From Planctomycetota bacterium (GTDB lineage Bacteria > Planctomycetota > UBA1135 > UBA2386): a DNA stretch of 64,000 nt. Numbering within the stretch: position 1 is the stretch's first letter; every line of letters starts with the position of its first letter. Position numbers and translations under genes: made by a program. Positions 1 through 11,162 of this stretch are shown one piece after another. The stretch lies in contig JBKAGP010000001.1 of the NCBI GenBank assembly GCA_046290465.1, forward strand, positions 4,448,001 to 4,512,000, given 5' to 3'. The notes under the pieces are model-generated. The model worked only from the letters and a program-made list of their open reading frames with translations, made no database searches and was not told the DNA's origin.

Positions 1-507
1 AGCGGCGCGGCGCTGCAGCTGCTGCGGCGCTACGTGTCGAATCGATCGCTGATCGTGGGTGGCCAGTCGGGCAGCGACCACGTGCTCGCGCACAGCGCCC
101 GCGGGCACGACAGCGACACCGTAGAACGCGCGGTCGCCCTGTGCGTCGAGCACGGCTTCGTGCCGCACGTCGACTTCCTGTTCGGCATGCCCGAGGAGAC
201 GGCCGACGACGTCGAGGCGACGCTGCAGCAGATGGATCGTCTGGTCGCGGCCGGGGCGAAGGTGCACGGCCATACCTTCATGCCGCTGCCGGGTACGCCG
301 TTCCGTCGCGCCGCGCCGGGTGCGCTGACCGACGCGGTGCGGCTGCGGCTCAAGAACCTCGCGTCGAAGGGCTCGCTCTACGGCCAGTGGGAGCAGCAGG
401 AGCGCACCGCGCGGGAGATTGCCGCCCGTGGGATTGCCGCCCGGGATGTTGCCGCGCGGGATGTTTCCCCCCGGGAGATCGGCACTCAGGACAGCCAGCG
501 CAGGTAG
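1..507 (+). CDS. Radical SAM protein, C-terminal part (resembles the B12-binding/radical SAM TIGR04013-like family); 5' end lies outside the window
   Basis: Frame is open from base 1. Motifs GGQSGSDHVL..RGH, VDFLFGMPEET and HTFMPLPGTPF are typical of the C-terminal half of a radical SAM barrel. Confidence 0.75.
   Translation, partial: SGAALQLLRRYVSNRSLIVGGQSGSDHVLAHSARGHDSDTVERAVALCVEHGFVPHVDFLFGMPEETADDVEATLQQMDRLVAAGAKVHGHTFMPLPGTPFRRAAPGALTDAVRLRLKNLASKGSLYGQWEQQERTAREIAARGIAARDVAARDVSPREIGTQDSQRR
406..480 (+). repeat. Five degenerate 15-bp tandem units encoding TAREI-AARGI-AARDV-AARDV-SPREI
   Basis: Units: accgcgcgggagatt / gccgcccgtgggatt / gccgcccgggatgtt / gccgcgcgggatgtt / tccccccgggagatc. 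Confidence 0.75.
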
Positions 508-923
508 GCGAACACGCCGCCGCCGACCATCGCGCCGATGACCGTCGCCGCGACCAGCAGGAACAGCAGCTTCTGCGCGACGGTCAGGTCGTCGGCCGGT
601 GCCTCGCCGGCGAGCCGTTCGCGGACCAACGACGCCCACCACGCCGGCAGGAAGAAGAACGGCACCAGCCCGGCGACGATCGCGACCCAGACGACCTCGA
701 CGTCGGGGCCGACGAACATCCCCAGCACGACGAACAGCGCCGCGAGCAGGCCGTAGACGACCGCGAACAGCAGGTAGTCGCCCAGCGTGCGCTGCTGCGA
801 CGAGACCTCGCCGCACTCGGTGCACGAGATCGCGATCAGGTTCGGCCGCGGGCTCTGCATGCCGAGGTAGACGCGCAGCAGCGGCTGCGAGGCGCCGCAC
901 CGTGCGCAGGTCGCGTGGGACAT
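486..923 (-). CDS. Small membrane protein with N-terminal zinc ribbon
   Basis: CARC...CTEC followed by three hydrophobic segments; continues the strand of the upstream methyltransferase gene. Confidence 0.65.
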   Translation of the reverse strand: MSHATCARCGASQPLLRVYLGMQSPRPNLIAISCTECGEVSSQQRTLGDYLLFAVVYGLLAALFVVLGMFVGPDVEVVWVAIVAGLVPFFFLPAWWASLVRERLAGEAPADDLTVAQKLLFLLVAATVIGAMVGGGVFAYLRWLS

Positions 924-963
924 GCGGGCAGGAGAACCCGCGGCGCACGGGCTCGCAAGCCCC

Positions 964-1812
964 TCAGGCGCGCGCCACCAGGCCGAACATCAGCGGCATC
1001 GCCGGCATGCCCGCCGGCATTCCGAAGCGGCGGCCGTCGAGCTTCTGCATGCCCTCGAACGGCTTGCAGCCGTTGCTGTACGGATACTCGCGGAACGTCT
1101 CGACGCGCAGGCCGGCGTCGGCGACGGCCTGGATGGTCTGCGCGATGGTCCACTGGAAGCCGAACGAACGCTCCGGGTTGCGAAAGCCCTCGACGCCGCG
1201 GTCGAAGCCCGACGGCGCCAGGTCCTCGCCGACGTAGTCGTTGACGCCGCTCTCGTCGAGCGCGCCGTCGAGGAAGTACGGCTCGACCAGCGCGCCGCCG
1301 GGCCCGTAGCTCCAGACCATCGGGTGGAACTCGAGCAGCACCAGCCGGCCGCCCGGCCGCAGCACGCGCCGCACGCCGCGCGCCCAGCGCGCCAGGTCGC
1401 ACAGCCAGCCGACGACGCCGTAGCTCGCGAACGCGGTGTCGAAGCGCTGCTCGGTCTGCTCCAGCCAGTCGAACACGTCGGCGCGGTGGAACGTCGCGGC
1501 GATCCCGCTCGCGTCGGACAGCTCGCGTGCGAACGCGACCGGCTGGTCGCCGATGTCGACGCCGGTGACGCTGGCGCCCAGGCGCGCCAGGCTCAGCGAG
1601 TCCTGCCCGCAGTTGCACTGCAGGTGCACGACGTCGGTGGCGGCGACGTCGCCGAGCAGTTCGAGTTCGTCGGAGAACAGCGTGCTGCCGCCCTCCCGCA
1701 GGAACCGGGCCTGGTCCTGCTTGTGGCTGTTGTGGGCCGTGGTCACCGCGTTCCACGAACGTCGGTTCTGCTCGTGGAACGCGCGGCGCTGGTCGTCGTC
1801 GAAGCCGGACAT
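964..1812 (-). CDS. Class I SAM-dependent methyltransferase
   Basis: Motif I variant VVHLQCNCGQDSLSLARLGASVTGVD; later FDTAFASYG and VLRPGGRLVLLEFHP. Confidence 0.88.
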   Translation of the reverse strand: MSGFDDDQRRAFHEQNRRSWNAVTTAHNSHKQDQARFLREGGSTLFSDELELLGDVAATDVVHLQCNCGQDSLSLARLGASVTGVDIGDQPVAFARELSDASGIAATFHRADVFDWLEQTEQRFDTAFASYGVVGWLCDLARWARGVRRVLRPGGRLVLLEFHPMVWSYGPGGALVEPYFLDGALDESGVNDYVGEDLAPSGFDRGVEGFRNPERSFGFQWTIAQTIQAVADAGLRVETFREYPYSNGCKPFEGMQKLDGRRFGMPAGMPAMPLMFGLVARA

Positions 1813-1837
1813 GGTTGTCGCTACGATCGCACAATCG

Positions 1838-2530
1838 ATGGCCGAACGTGACCTCTACGCGCCGATCAAGTCGTTTCTCGAGCGCCAGGGCTACGAGGTC
1901 AAGGGGGAGATCGGGGAGTGCGACATCGTCGCGGTGCGCGGCGACGAGCCGCCGGTCGTCGTCGAGCTGAAGCTGCAGCTCAACCTGTCGCTGATCCTGC
2001 AGGCGGTCGACCGGCTGGCGGTCAGCGACTGCGTCTACGTCGCGTTCCGCGTCGGCAAGAAGCACAGCGCGTCGTGGCGGCAGCGCGGCAAGCAGGTCAA
2101 GAGCCTGCTGCGGCGGCTCGGCCTCGGCCTGTTGACGGTGACGGCGCGCGGCAAGGTCGAGGCCGTGCTCGACCCCGGCCCGTACCGGCCGCGGGTCGTC
2201 GCCCAGCGCCGTTCGCGGCTGCTCAAGGAGTTCGCCGAACGCGTCGGCGACCCGATCGCTGGCGGCTCGGCGACGCAGAAGCGCATGACGGCCTACCGCC
2301 AGGACGTGCTGCGCTGCGCCTGCGAACTGCAGCGCGCCGGCGTGACCAAGGTCAGCGTGCTCGCCGAGCGCACCGGCGTCGAACGCGCCGGCCCGATCCT
2401 GCGCGACAACCACTACGGCTGGTTCGAGCGGGTCGAGAAGGGTCACTACCAGCTGACGCCGAAGGGCGAGGGCGAGCTCGGCGACTGGGCCGACGCGATC
2501 GAGCAGATCGAGCGCGTCGCGTCCGAGTAG
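1838..2530 (+). CDS. DUF2161 family putative PD-(D/E)xK phosphodiesterase
   Basis: ATG at 1838. ERDLYAPIKSFLERQGYEVKGEI..CDIVA..VVVELK and MTAYRQ..ILRDNHYGWFER match the DUF2161 pattern. Confidence 0.85.
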   Translation: MAERDLYAPIKSFLERQGYEVKGEIGECDIVAVRGDEPPVVVELKLQLNLSLILQAVDRLAVSDCVYVAFRVGKKHSASWRQRGKQVKSLLRRLGLGLLTVTARGKVEAVLDPGPYRPRVVAQRRSRLLKEFAERVGDPIAGGSATQKRMTAYRQDVLRCACELQRAGVTKVSVLAERTGVERAGPILRDNHYGWFERVEKGHYQLTPKGEGELGDWADAIEQIERVASE

Positions 2531-2553
2531 CGACGCGGTATCGTGGGGCCGCC

Positions 2554-3258
2554 TTGCCGTCCCCACGCTTCCGAACGACCCGCTGGTCGATGGTGCTCGC
2601 CGCCGCCGGCCCGTCCGATCCCGGCGCCAAGCTCGCGCTGCGCGAGCTGTGTGAGGTCTACTGGTATCCGCTCTATGCGTTCTTGCGGCGCGATACGGTC
2701 GCGGAAGCCGACGCGATGGACCTCGTGCAGGGGTTCCTCGCCGACGTGCTCGAGCGCGGCGAGCTGGGCGCCGATCCGGACCGGGGGCGGTTCCGTTCGT
2801 ACATGATCGGAGCGCTGCGCAACTACCGCAGCAACGTGCGGCGCGCGGCGGCGACGCAGAAGCGGGGCGGCAACCTGCAGGCGTTCGGCCTCGACGACGC
2901 CGAGGCGCGCTACCGTCACGAGCCGGCGGACACCGACAGTCCCGAGGTGCTGTTCGAGCGGCGCTGGGCGACCACACTGATCGATCGCGCGATCGGCAGG
3001 CTCGAGCACGAGTATCGCGACCGTGGTCGGGGGGCGGTGTTCGAGGCGCTCGAGGACACGCTCGCCGGCGGTGCCGTCGCCAGCTACGCGCAGAAGGCGG
3101 CGGCGCTCGGCATGACCGAGAGCGCGGTCAAGGTCGGCGTGCACCGGCTGCGCGCCCGGCTGCGCGAACTGCTGCGCGAGGAGGTCGCCCAGACCGTGCG
3201 CGAGCAAGAGGACGTCGACGACGAACTGAAGCGCCTGTTCGCCGCCCTGGCGGGCTGA
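2554..3258 (+). CDS. ECF-type RNA polymerase sigma-70 factor (kinase-associated type)
   Basis: FRTTRWSMVLAA..LCEVYWYPLYAFLRR, region 2 RGRFRSY, region 4 HTH YAQKAAALGMTESAVKVGVHRLR; TTG start is estimated. Confidence 0.88.
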   Translation: MPSPRFRTTRWSMVLAAAGPSDPGAKLALRELCEVYWYPLYAFLRRDTVAEADAMDLVQGFLADVLERGELGADPDRGRFRSYMIGALRNYRSNVRRAAATQKRGGNLQAFGLDDAEARYRHEPADTDSPEVLFERRWATTLIDRAIGRLEHEYRDRGRGAVFEALEDTLAGGAVASYAQKAAALGMTESAVKVGVHRLRARLRELLREEVAQTVREQEDVDDELKRLFAALAG

Positions 3259-3332
3259 TCCAAGCCGGAGCAGGAAAATGTCGCCCGCCGTGTAACCATC
3301 GTCGCAAACCGGTTCATGACCCTCTGAACCCG

Positions 3333-4804
<1,472 letters not shown>

Positions 4805-4808
<4 letters not shown>

Positions 4809-4891
4809 TGGGCAAAGCCCCGTCCGCACGCGTACACGCCGCTTCCGCGATCACGGTCGGCAGCGCGTCCACTACATGGACGCGCTCCTAG
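4805..4891. repeat. 83-bp CTAG-bounded intergenic element, copy A
   Basis: CTAG-tgggcaaagccccgtccgcacgcgtacacgccgcttccgcgatcacggtcggcagcgcgtccactacatggacgcgctc-CTAG; near-identical to the two copies at 27268-27437. Confidence 0.95.
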
Positions 4892-5994
4892 ACGTTGAAA
4901 CGGAAGTGCAGCACGTCGCCGTCCTGCACCACGTATTCCTTGCCCTCGATGCGGTACTTGCCGGCGTCGCGCGCCGCGGCCACGCTGCCGCACTCGATCA
5001 GGTCGTCGTAGGCGACCGTCTCGGCCTTGATGAAGCCGCGTTCGAAGTCGCCGTGGATCACGCCCGCCGCCTTCGGCGCGGTGTCGCCCTCGCGGATCGT
5101 CCAGGCGCGCACCTCCATCTCACCGGCGGTGAAGTAGGTCCGCAGGCCGAGCAGGTGGTAGGTCGCGCGGATCAGCGCGCCGGTGCCGCTCTCCTCGACG
5201 CCGAGGTCCTCGAGGAACGCCTTGGCGTCCTCGTCGGACAGGTCGATCAGCTCGGCCTCGATCTGCGCCGAGATCACGATCGTCTCGCAGTTGAGCGTCT
5301 GCGCGGCGTAGTCGCGCACCTTCTGCACGTAGGGGTTGTCGGCGGCGGTCGCCAGCTCGTCGTCCTTGACGTTGCAGGCGAAGATCACCGGCTTCATCGT
5401 CAGCAGCTGGAAGTGCCTGGCGATCTTCTGCTCGTCGGCGCTGAGGTCGCACAGGTAGGCCGGCTTGCCGTCGTCGAGCAGCGGCTCGAGCTTCTCGAGG
5501 ATCGGCATCTCGGCGACCGCGTCCTTGTCGCCGCGCTTCTTCAGCTTGGCCTGCTTGTCGATGCGCTTCTGCACCGACTCGAGGTCGGCCAGCACCAGCT
5601 CGGTGTTGATCACCTCGATGTCGCGGACCGGATCGACCGAGCCCGACACGTGGTGCACGTCCTCGTCCTCGAAGCAGCGCACGACCTGCACGATCGCGTC
5701 GACCTCGCGGATGTGGCTCAAGAACTTGTTGCCGAGGCCTTCGCCCGCGGCGGCGCCGGCGACCAGCCCGGCGATGTCGACGAACTCGATCGTCGCCGGA
5801 ATGACCTTGGTGGTCTTGGCGATGACGCGCAGCGGCTCGAGGCGGCCGTCCGGCACGGTGACGACGCCGACGTTCGGGTCGATCGTGCAGAACGGGTAGT
5901 TCGCCGCCTCCGCCTTCTGGGTGCGGGTGATCGCGTTGAACAGGGTCGACTTGCCGACGTTGGGCAAGCCGACGATCCCTGCCTGGAGCACCAT
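4888..5994 (-). CDS. ychF: Redox-regulated ATPase YchF (Obg family)
   Basis: [34 protein letters not shown]-terminal TGS domain [18 protein letters not shown]. Confidence 0.97.
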   Translation of the reverse strand: MVLQAGIVGLPNVGKSTLFNAITRTQKAEAANYPFCTIDPNVGVVTVPDGRLEPLRVIAKTTKVIPATIEFVDIAGLVAGAAAGEGLGNKFLSHIREVDAIVQVVRCFEDEDVHHVSGSVDPVRDIEVINTELVLADLESVQKRIDKQAKLKKRGDKDAVAEMPILEKLEPLLDDGKPAYLCDLSADEQKIARHFQLLTMKPVIFACNVKDDELATAADNPYVQKVRDYAAQTLNCETIVISAQIEAELIDLSDEDAKAFLEDLGVEESGTGALIRATYHLLGLRTYFTAGEMEVRAWTIREGDTAPKAAGVIHGDFERGFIKAETVAYDDLIECGSVAAARDAGKYRIEGKEYVVQDGDVLHFRFNV

Positions 5995-6977
5995 CAGCCG
6001 TTGGCGACCACTTCCTGGATCGCCTTGGTCAGGGCCGGGACGATCTCGAAGGCGTCACCGACGATGCCGTAGTCGGCGACCTTGAAGATCGGCGCATCGG
6101 CGTCCTTGTTGATGGCGACGATCGTGCGCGCGGTGCGCATGCCGGCGAGGTGCTGGATCGCACCGCTGATGCCGATCGCGAAGTAGAGCGGCGGGCTGAC
6201 GACCTTGCCGGTCTGGCCGACCTGCTCGCCGTGCGGACGCCAGCCGGCGTCCACGACCGCGCGCGACGCGCCGACCGCGGCGACCCCCGGGCCGAACGCG
6301 GCCGCGAGCTCCTCGATCATCTTGAAGTTCTCGGGCTCCTTGAGGCCGCGGCCGCCGGACACGACGACCTTGGCTTCCTGCAGCGGCGTCTTGTCGCCGC
6401 CGGCCGCGATGATCTCCTTGACGACCGACAGCAGGTCGCCGGCCGGCGCGTCGACCTTCGACACCTCGGCGCCCGAGCCACCGCTGGCGGCGGCGAAGTT
6501 GTTGGGGCGCACGGTCGCGCAGAACGGCGACTTCGTCGCCTTGACGGTCAGCGTCGCCTTGCCGGCGAACACCGGCTTCTTGGCGCCGAACGAGCCGCCT
6601 TCGCAGCTGACGTCGACGACGTCGGTGATGATGCCGGTCTCGAGCAGCGCCGACACGCGCGGCAGCAGGTCCTTGCCCATGGCCGTGTGGGCCATCAGCA
6701 CGGCCGCGCCGTCGTTGGCCTTGACCTGTTCGGCAATGGCCTTGGCCCAGGCGTCGCCCGAGTAGTTCTCGAACGAGGCGCCGTCGATGGCGATGACCTT
6801 GCTGGCGCCGCTGTTGCCGAGTTCGGCGGCGGCGGCGTCGATGCCGTTGCCGCAGGCGATCGCGACGACCTGGCCACCCGAGCCCTGCGCGAGCTGCTGG
6901 GCGGCGGTGACGGCTTCGAGGGACGGGCGCTTCAGGGAGCCGCCACGAACCTCGGCGATGACGATGATGTTGCTCAT
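5994..6977 (-). CDS. etfA: Electron transfer flavoprotein subunit alpha
   Basis: [53 protein letters not shown]. Confidence 0.96.
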   Translation of the reverse strand: MSNIIVIAEVRGGSLKRPSLEAVTAAQQLAQGSGGQVVAIACGNGIDAAAAELGNSGASKVIAIDGASFENYSGDAWAKAIAEQVKANDGAAVLMAHTAMGKDLLPRVSALLETGIITDVVDVSCEGGSFGAKKPVFAGKATLTVKATKSPFCATVRPNNFAAASGGSGAEVSKVDAPAGDLLSVVKEIIAAGGDKTPLQEAKVVVSGGRGLKEPENFKMIEELAAAFGPGVAAVGASRAVVDAGWRPHGEQVGQTGKVVSPPLYFAIGISGAIQHLAGMRTARTIVAINKDADAPIFKVADYGIVGDAFEIVPALTKAIQEVVANG

Positions 6978-6996
6978 TGGTTGGGTCTCCCTTGGA

Positions 6997-7749
6997 TCAG
7001 ATGGCCTTGGCTTCGTTGCGCAGCAGCTCGATCAGCGCCGGCACGGCGGCGGCGCCTTCGCCGACGATCTTGCCCTCGGCGCGCGCCGGCGGCAGCTCGA
7101 GCGACACGATCTCCATCGCGGCGGCGGGCAGCTCGGCGGCGACTTCCTCGAGCGGCTTCTTCTTGGCGGCCATGATGCTCTTGAGGTTGGCCGGCTTCGG
7201 CTCGTTGAGGCCCTTGTTGCAGCTGATCACGGCCGGCGTCTTGCAGGTCACGACCTCGCGCGCACCCTCGATGTCCCGCTCCGCGGTGAACGTGCCGTCG
7301 GCCAGTTCGAGCTTGCTGACCTCGGTCACGCAGCCGTAGCCGAGGCGCGCCGCGAGGTTGGCGGCCATCTGGTTGTTGTCCGAATCGGTCGCCTGCTTGC
7401 CGCACAGCACGATCTGCGCCGGGTTGGCCTGCAGCCAGGCAGCGAGCGCCTCGGCCGTCGACGCACCGTCGTAGATCCACTGGTCGGTCGTCAGCATCAC
7501 GGCCTTGTCGGCGCCGCGCGCCAGCGTGCTGCGCATCTCCTTCTGGGCGTCCTTGGGGCCGATCGTGACGGCGGTCACGGTGCCGGTGCCGAGCTGCTCC
7601 TTGAGCAGGCGAGCCTGCTCCAGGGCGAACTCGTCGTAGGCGTTCATCTCGAACGTCACGCCAGTGGTATCGATCGACTTGCCGTCAGCGGCGATCTTGA
7701 TCGCCGTGTCGGTCGCCGGAACACGCTTGATGCAGACAACAATGTCCAT
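6997..7749 (-). CDS. etfB: Electron transfer flavoprotein subunit beta
   Basis: Start MDIVVCIKRVP at 7749; MNAYDEFALEQA, GKQATDSD, NEPKPANLKSIMAAKKKP. Confidence 0.95.
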   Translation of the reverse strand: MDIVVCIKRVPATDTAIKIAADGKSIDTTGVTFEMNAYDEFALEQARLLKEQLGTGTVTAVTIGPKDAQKEMRSTLARGADKAVMLTTDQWIYDGASTAEALAAWLQANPAQIVLCGKQATDSDNNQMAANLAARLGYGCVTEVSKLELADGTFTAERDIEGAREVVTCKTPAVISCNKGLNEPKPANLKSIMAAKKKPLEEVAAELPAAAMEIVSLELPPARAEGKIVGEGAAAVPALIELLRNEAKAI

Positions 7750-7927
7750 GGTCGGCTCTGGGAGGTCCTCGGAGGGGTTTCCGCGAGATTTGCGGGCGAA
7801 CAGTCTACAGAGGCCAATCTCGGGTTCGACCTCAAATTGCGGGGGCGAGGCAAGCCTTGGGCTCGCCGGGACTTGCGCCATGCCGAGCAGCCGATGGCAG
7901 CGCCGGCTCGCTACACTCGCCGGCCGC

Positions 7928-8446
7928 ATGGATGACCGACCACGCACGCGTCCCTACGCGCGCATCGAGCGCGAGCGGCGGTTCGCGCTCGACGCGCTGC
8001 CGGAGGCAGTCGATCCCGGGGACTACGAACGGTTGCGCGACACCTACGTCGCGGGCGCGGATCTGCGCCTGCGGCGAATCGAAGCGCCGGACGGCACGTT
8101 CGTGCAGCTGAAGCTGGGCCAGAAGAAGGCCGACCCGGATGCGCCCGACGATCCGCGCCGCCGGGAGATGACGACGTTCTACCTGCGCGAGGACGAAGGG
8201 CGCGTGCTCGGCACGCTGCCGGGCGCGCGCTCGGTCAAGCGCCGCTACCGGCTGCGCGAGCAGGGCCGCACGTTCTGCATCGACGTCTACGAGCAGCCCA
8301 CGGCGGCGGCGGGCACGATGGTCGCCGAGGTCGAGTGCGACGCCGACGACGAACTCGACGCGATCGCGATGCCGGCGTGGGCGACGCGCGAGGTGACGAC
8401 GGACGAGCGGTTCTCCGGGGCGAGGCTGGCGCGCAGTCGCGCCTGA
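7928..8446 (+). CDS. CYTH-like (triphosphate tunnel metalloenzyme) domain protein
   Basis: IERERRF (ExExK/R-like), LRLRR, KRRY, IDVYE, VAEVE, REVTTDERFS. Confidence 0.75.
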   Translation: MDDRPRTRPYARIERERRFALDALPEAVDPGDYERLRDTYVAGADLRLRRIEAPDGTFVQLKLGQKKADPDAPDDPRRREMTTFYLREDEGRVLGTLPGARSVKRRYRLREQGRTFCIDVYEQPTAAAGTMVAEVECDADDELDAIAMPAWATREVTTDERFSGARLARSRA

Positions 8447-8449
8447 GCG

Positions 8450-9487
8450 TCACGCCAACGGCGCGAACTCGACCTTGTGCGCCTCGCCGACGACCTCGCG
8501 CACGTAGCGCGGCACGCCGAAGCCGGGCAGGCGCCGGCGCAGTTCGGCGATCAGCTGCTGGCCGCGTTCGACCGGCACCTCGAAGTGCTGCGCCCCGGCG
8601 ACCGGGTCGAGCTGGTGCAGGTAGTACGGCATCGTGCGCACGTCGAGCAGGCGGCGGGACAGTTCGGCCAGCGTGTCGGCGTCGTCGTTGATGCCGTGCA
8701 GCAGCACCGTCTGGTTGAGCACCGGCACGCCGCACCGGACCAGCCGCAGCAGCGCGTCGCCGCAGCTGGCGTCGATCTCGGCCGGGTGGTTGCTGTGCAC
8801 GACCACGGTCGGTGCCAGGCGGGTCGTGCCGAGCCAGCCGAGCAAAGCGTCGTCGATGCGGTCCGGGATCACGATCGGCAGCCGGGTGTGGATGCGCAGC
8901 CGCCGAACGTGCGGGATCGTCTCGAGCTGCCCGACGAGTTCGGCGAGCCAGCGGTCGGGGCGCATCAGCGGATCGCCGCCGGACAGGATCACCTCCTCGA
9001 GGTCCTCGCTGCGACGGATCTCGTCGAGGGCGGGCTGCCACTGGGCCAGGCCGGCCGGGCTGTCCTCGTAGGGGAAGTGGCGGCGGAAGCAGTAGCGGCA
9101 GGCGATCGCGCAGACGCCGGCGACGATCAGCAGCGCGCGGCCGTGGTACTTCTGCAGCAGCCCCGGCGCCTTGACGGCCTCGCCCTCGCCGCACGGGTCG
9201 GTGACGTAGCCCGAACCCGCATCCGCCAGCTCCGATGCGATCGGCAGCACCTGCGCCAGCAGCTGGTCGTGCGGATCGCCGTGCCGCATCCGGGCGACGA
9301 ACGCCTCCGGTACGACCAACGGAAACTGCGCCGCGGCGCGCCGTGCGCCTTCGCGCAGCGAGTCGGGCAGTCCGAGTCGCTCGAGCAGCGCGTCCGGGTC
9401 GCGGATCGCGCGGCGCAGCTGGTCCCGCCAGCTGCCGCGCTCGGGGCGCGGCTCGGCGTTCGGATCGGGTCGGATTTGGCGTTCCAC
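8450..9487 (-). CDS. epmB: EF-P beta-lysylation protein EpmB (KamA-family lysine 2,3-aminomutase)
   Basis: CAIACRYCFRRHFPY radical SAM motif, EVILSGGDPL, RIHTRLPIVIP, PYYLHQLD; divergent from efp. Confidence 0.93.
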   Translation of the reverse strand: MERQIRPDPNAEPRPERGSWRDQLRRAIRDPDALLERLGLPDSLREGARRAAAQFPLVVPEAFVARMRHGDPHDQLLAQVLPIASELADAGSGYVTDPCGEGEAVKAPGLLQKYHGRALLIVAGVCAIACRYCFRRHFPYEDSPAGLAQWQPALDEIRRSEDLEEVILSGGDPLMRPDRWLAELVGQLETIPHVRRLRIHTRLPIVIPDRIDDALLGWLGTTRLAPTVVVHSNHPAEIDASCGDALLRLVRCGVPVLNQTVLLHGINDDADTLAELSRRLLDVRTMPYYLHQLDPVAGAQHFEVPVERGQQLIAELRRRLPGFGVPRYVREVVGEAHKVEFAPLA

Positions 9488-9527
9488 TGGCGGCGGTGGG
9501 GTCGTTTCGCTAATCGTTCTTGCCGCT

Positions 9528-10100
9528 ATGGCTTCCTACGGCACGAGTGATTTCAAGAAGGGCCTGAAGGTCCAGATCGAGAACGAACCCTACCTGATGG
9601 TCGATCTCGAGTTCATGAAGCCGGGCAAGGGCCAGGCGGTCTACCGCGTGCGGCTCAAGAGCCTGACCACCGGACGCGTCGTGGACAAGAACTATCGCAG
9701 CGGCGACTCGCTCGAGGCGGCCGACGTCGAGGAGAAGACGATGCAGTTCCTCTACAAGGACGCCACCGACTTCCACTTCATGGACGGCGAGACCTTCGAG
9801 CAGTTCCAGGTCGGCGTCGACGCGGTCGGCGACGCGGCCAAGTGGCTCAAGGACGAGATGCAGTGCGACGTCGTGATGTGGAACGGCTCGCCGATCACCG
9901 TGACGCCGCCGGCGCACGTCGAGATGACCATCACCTACACCGAGCCCGGCGCCAAGGGCAACTCGACCGGCAACGTGCAGAAGCCCGCGACCATCGAGAC
10001 CGGCGCGGAGCTGATGGTGCCGATCTTCATCAACGTCGACGACGTCGTGCGCGTCGACACGCGCACCGGCGCGTACGTCGAGCGCGTCTCCAAGGGCTGA
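9528..10100 (+). CDS. efp: Elongation factor P
   Basis: FMKPGKGQAV loop carrying the modifiable Lys; KPATIETG..VPIFI..VDTRTGAYVERV. Confidence 0.97.
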   Translation: MASYGTSDFKKGLKVQIENEPYLMVDLEFMKPGKGQAVYRVRLKSLTTGRVVDKNYRSGDSLEAADVEEKTMQFLYKDATDFHFMDGETFEQFQVGVDAVGDAAKWLKDEMQCDVVMWNGSPITVTPPAHVEMTITYTEPGAKGNSTGNVQKPATIETGAELMVPIFINVDDVVRVDTRTGAYVERVSKG

Positions 10101-10114
10101 GCGCGGGCCGGCCG

Positions 10115-11068
10115 TTGGCTGCCGACCCGATCGCGGTGCTGCGCGAACGCGCGGCGCTGGTCGCCCGGACGCGCGCGTTCTTCGCGGCGCGCGACGTGCT
10201 CGAGGTCGACACGCCGCTGCTCGGCGACGGCCTGGTCGTCGAGGCGCACATCGACCCGATCCCGTGCCGCGTGCGGCTCGGTGCCGAAGGCGAGGTCGCG
10301 CGTCACCTGCTGACGTCGCCCGAAGCGCCGATGAAGCGGCTGCTCGCGGCCGGCTCGGGGCCGATCTACCAGTTCGCCCACGCGTTCCGCGACGGGGAGG
10401 TCGGCCGTCGGCACGCGGTCGAGTTCACGATGCTGGAGTGGTATCGGCCGGGCTTCGACCATCGCGACCTGATGGGCGAGGTCGAGGCGCTGGTGCAGGA
10501 GCTGCTGCCGGGCGCCGGCCACGGGTCGTTCGAGCGGTGTTCGTACCGCGAGCTGTTCGTACAGAAGGTGCAGGTCGATCCGTTCGCGACGTCGCTGCCG
10601 GAGCTGCGCGCGGCCTGTGCCCGGGTCGGCGTCGACGTTCCCGACGGCTTCGACGACGGCACGCTCGACGACGCGCTCGACCTCCTGCTGGTCAGCCACG
10701 TCGAGCCGCGGCTCGGCCGTGGCCGGCCGCTGTTCGTGCACGGCTATCCGCCGTCGCAGGCGGCGCTGGCGCAGGTGCGCAGCGACGGCGACGGGCCGCC
10801 GAGCGCCGACCGCTTCGAGCTCTACGTCGACGGCGTCGAGCTCGCCAACGGTTACCACGAACTGGCCGACGCGGACGAGCAGCGGCGCCGCTTCGAGCAG
10901 GCCAACCGCGACCGCATCGCGCTGGGCCGCCCCGCCCTGCCGGTCGACGAGGATCTGTTGGCCGCGCTGGCCGCCGGCCTGCCGCCGTGCGCCGGCGTCG
11001 CGCTCGGCTTCGACCGTCTGGTCATGCTCGCGCTTGGCCGCGATCGCATCGACGACGTGCGGCCGTGA
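10115..11068 (+). CDS. epmA: EF-P lysine aminoacylase EpmA (GenX/PoxA)
   Basis: LEVDTPLL, LTSPEAPMKRLLAAG, FRDGEVGRRHAVEFTMLEWY, ELANGYHEL, GVALGFDRLVM; LysRS-like without anticodon domain; TTG start estimated. Confidence 0.93.
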   Translation: MAADPIAVLRERAALVARTRAFFAARDVLEVDTPLLGDGLVVEAHIDPIPCRVRLGAEGEVARHLLTSPEAPMKRLLAAGSGPIYQFAHAFRDGEVGRRHAVEFTMLEWYRPGFDHRDLMGEVEALVQELLPGAGHGSFERCSYRELFVQKVQVDPFATSLPELRAACARVGVDVPDGFDDGTLDDALDLLLVSHVEPRLGRGRPLFVHGYPPSQAALAQVRSDGDGPPSADRFELYVDGVELANGYHELADADEQRRRFEQANRDRIALGRPALPVDEDLLAALAAGLPPCAGVALGFDRLVMLALGRDRIDDVRP

Positions 11069-11162
11069 CCGCGCGGCGCGTGGCCTGCCGGCCCGGTTCC
11101 GCCTCGGGGTATGTGCGGGCGCGGGGGCTTGTCGTCGCGCGCGTCGGTGCGATCCTGTTCGC

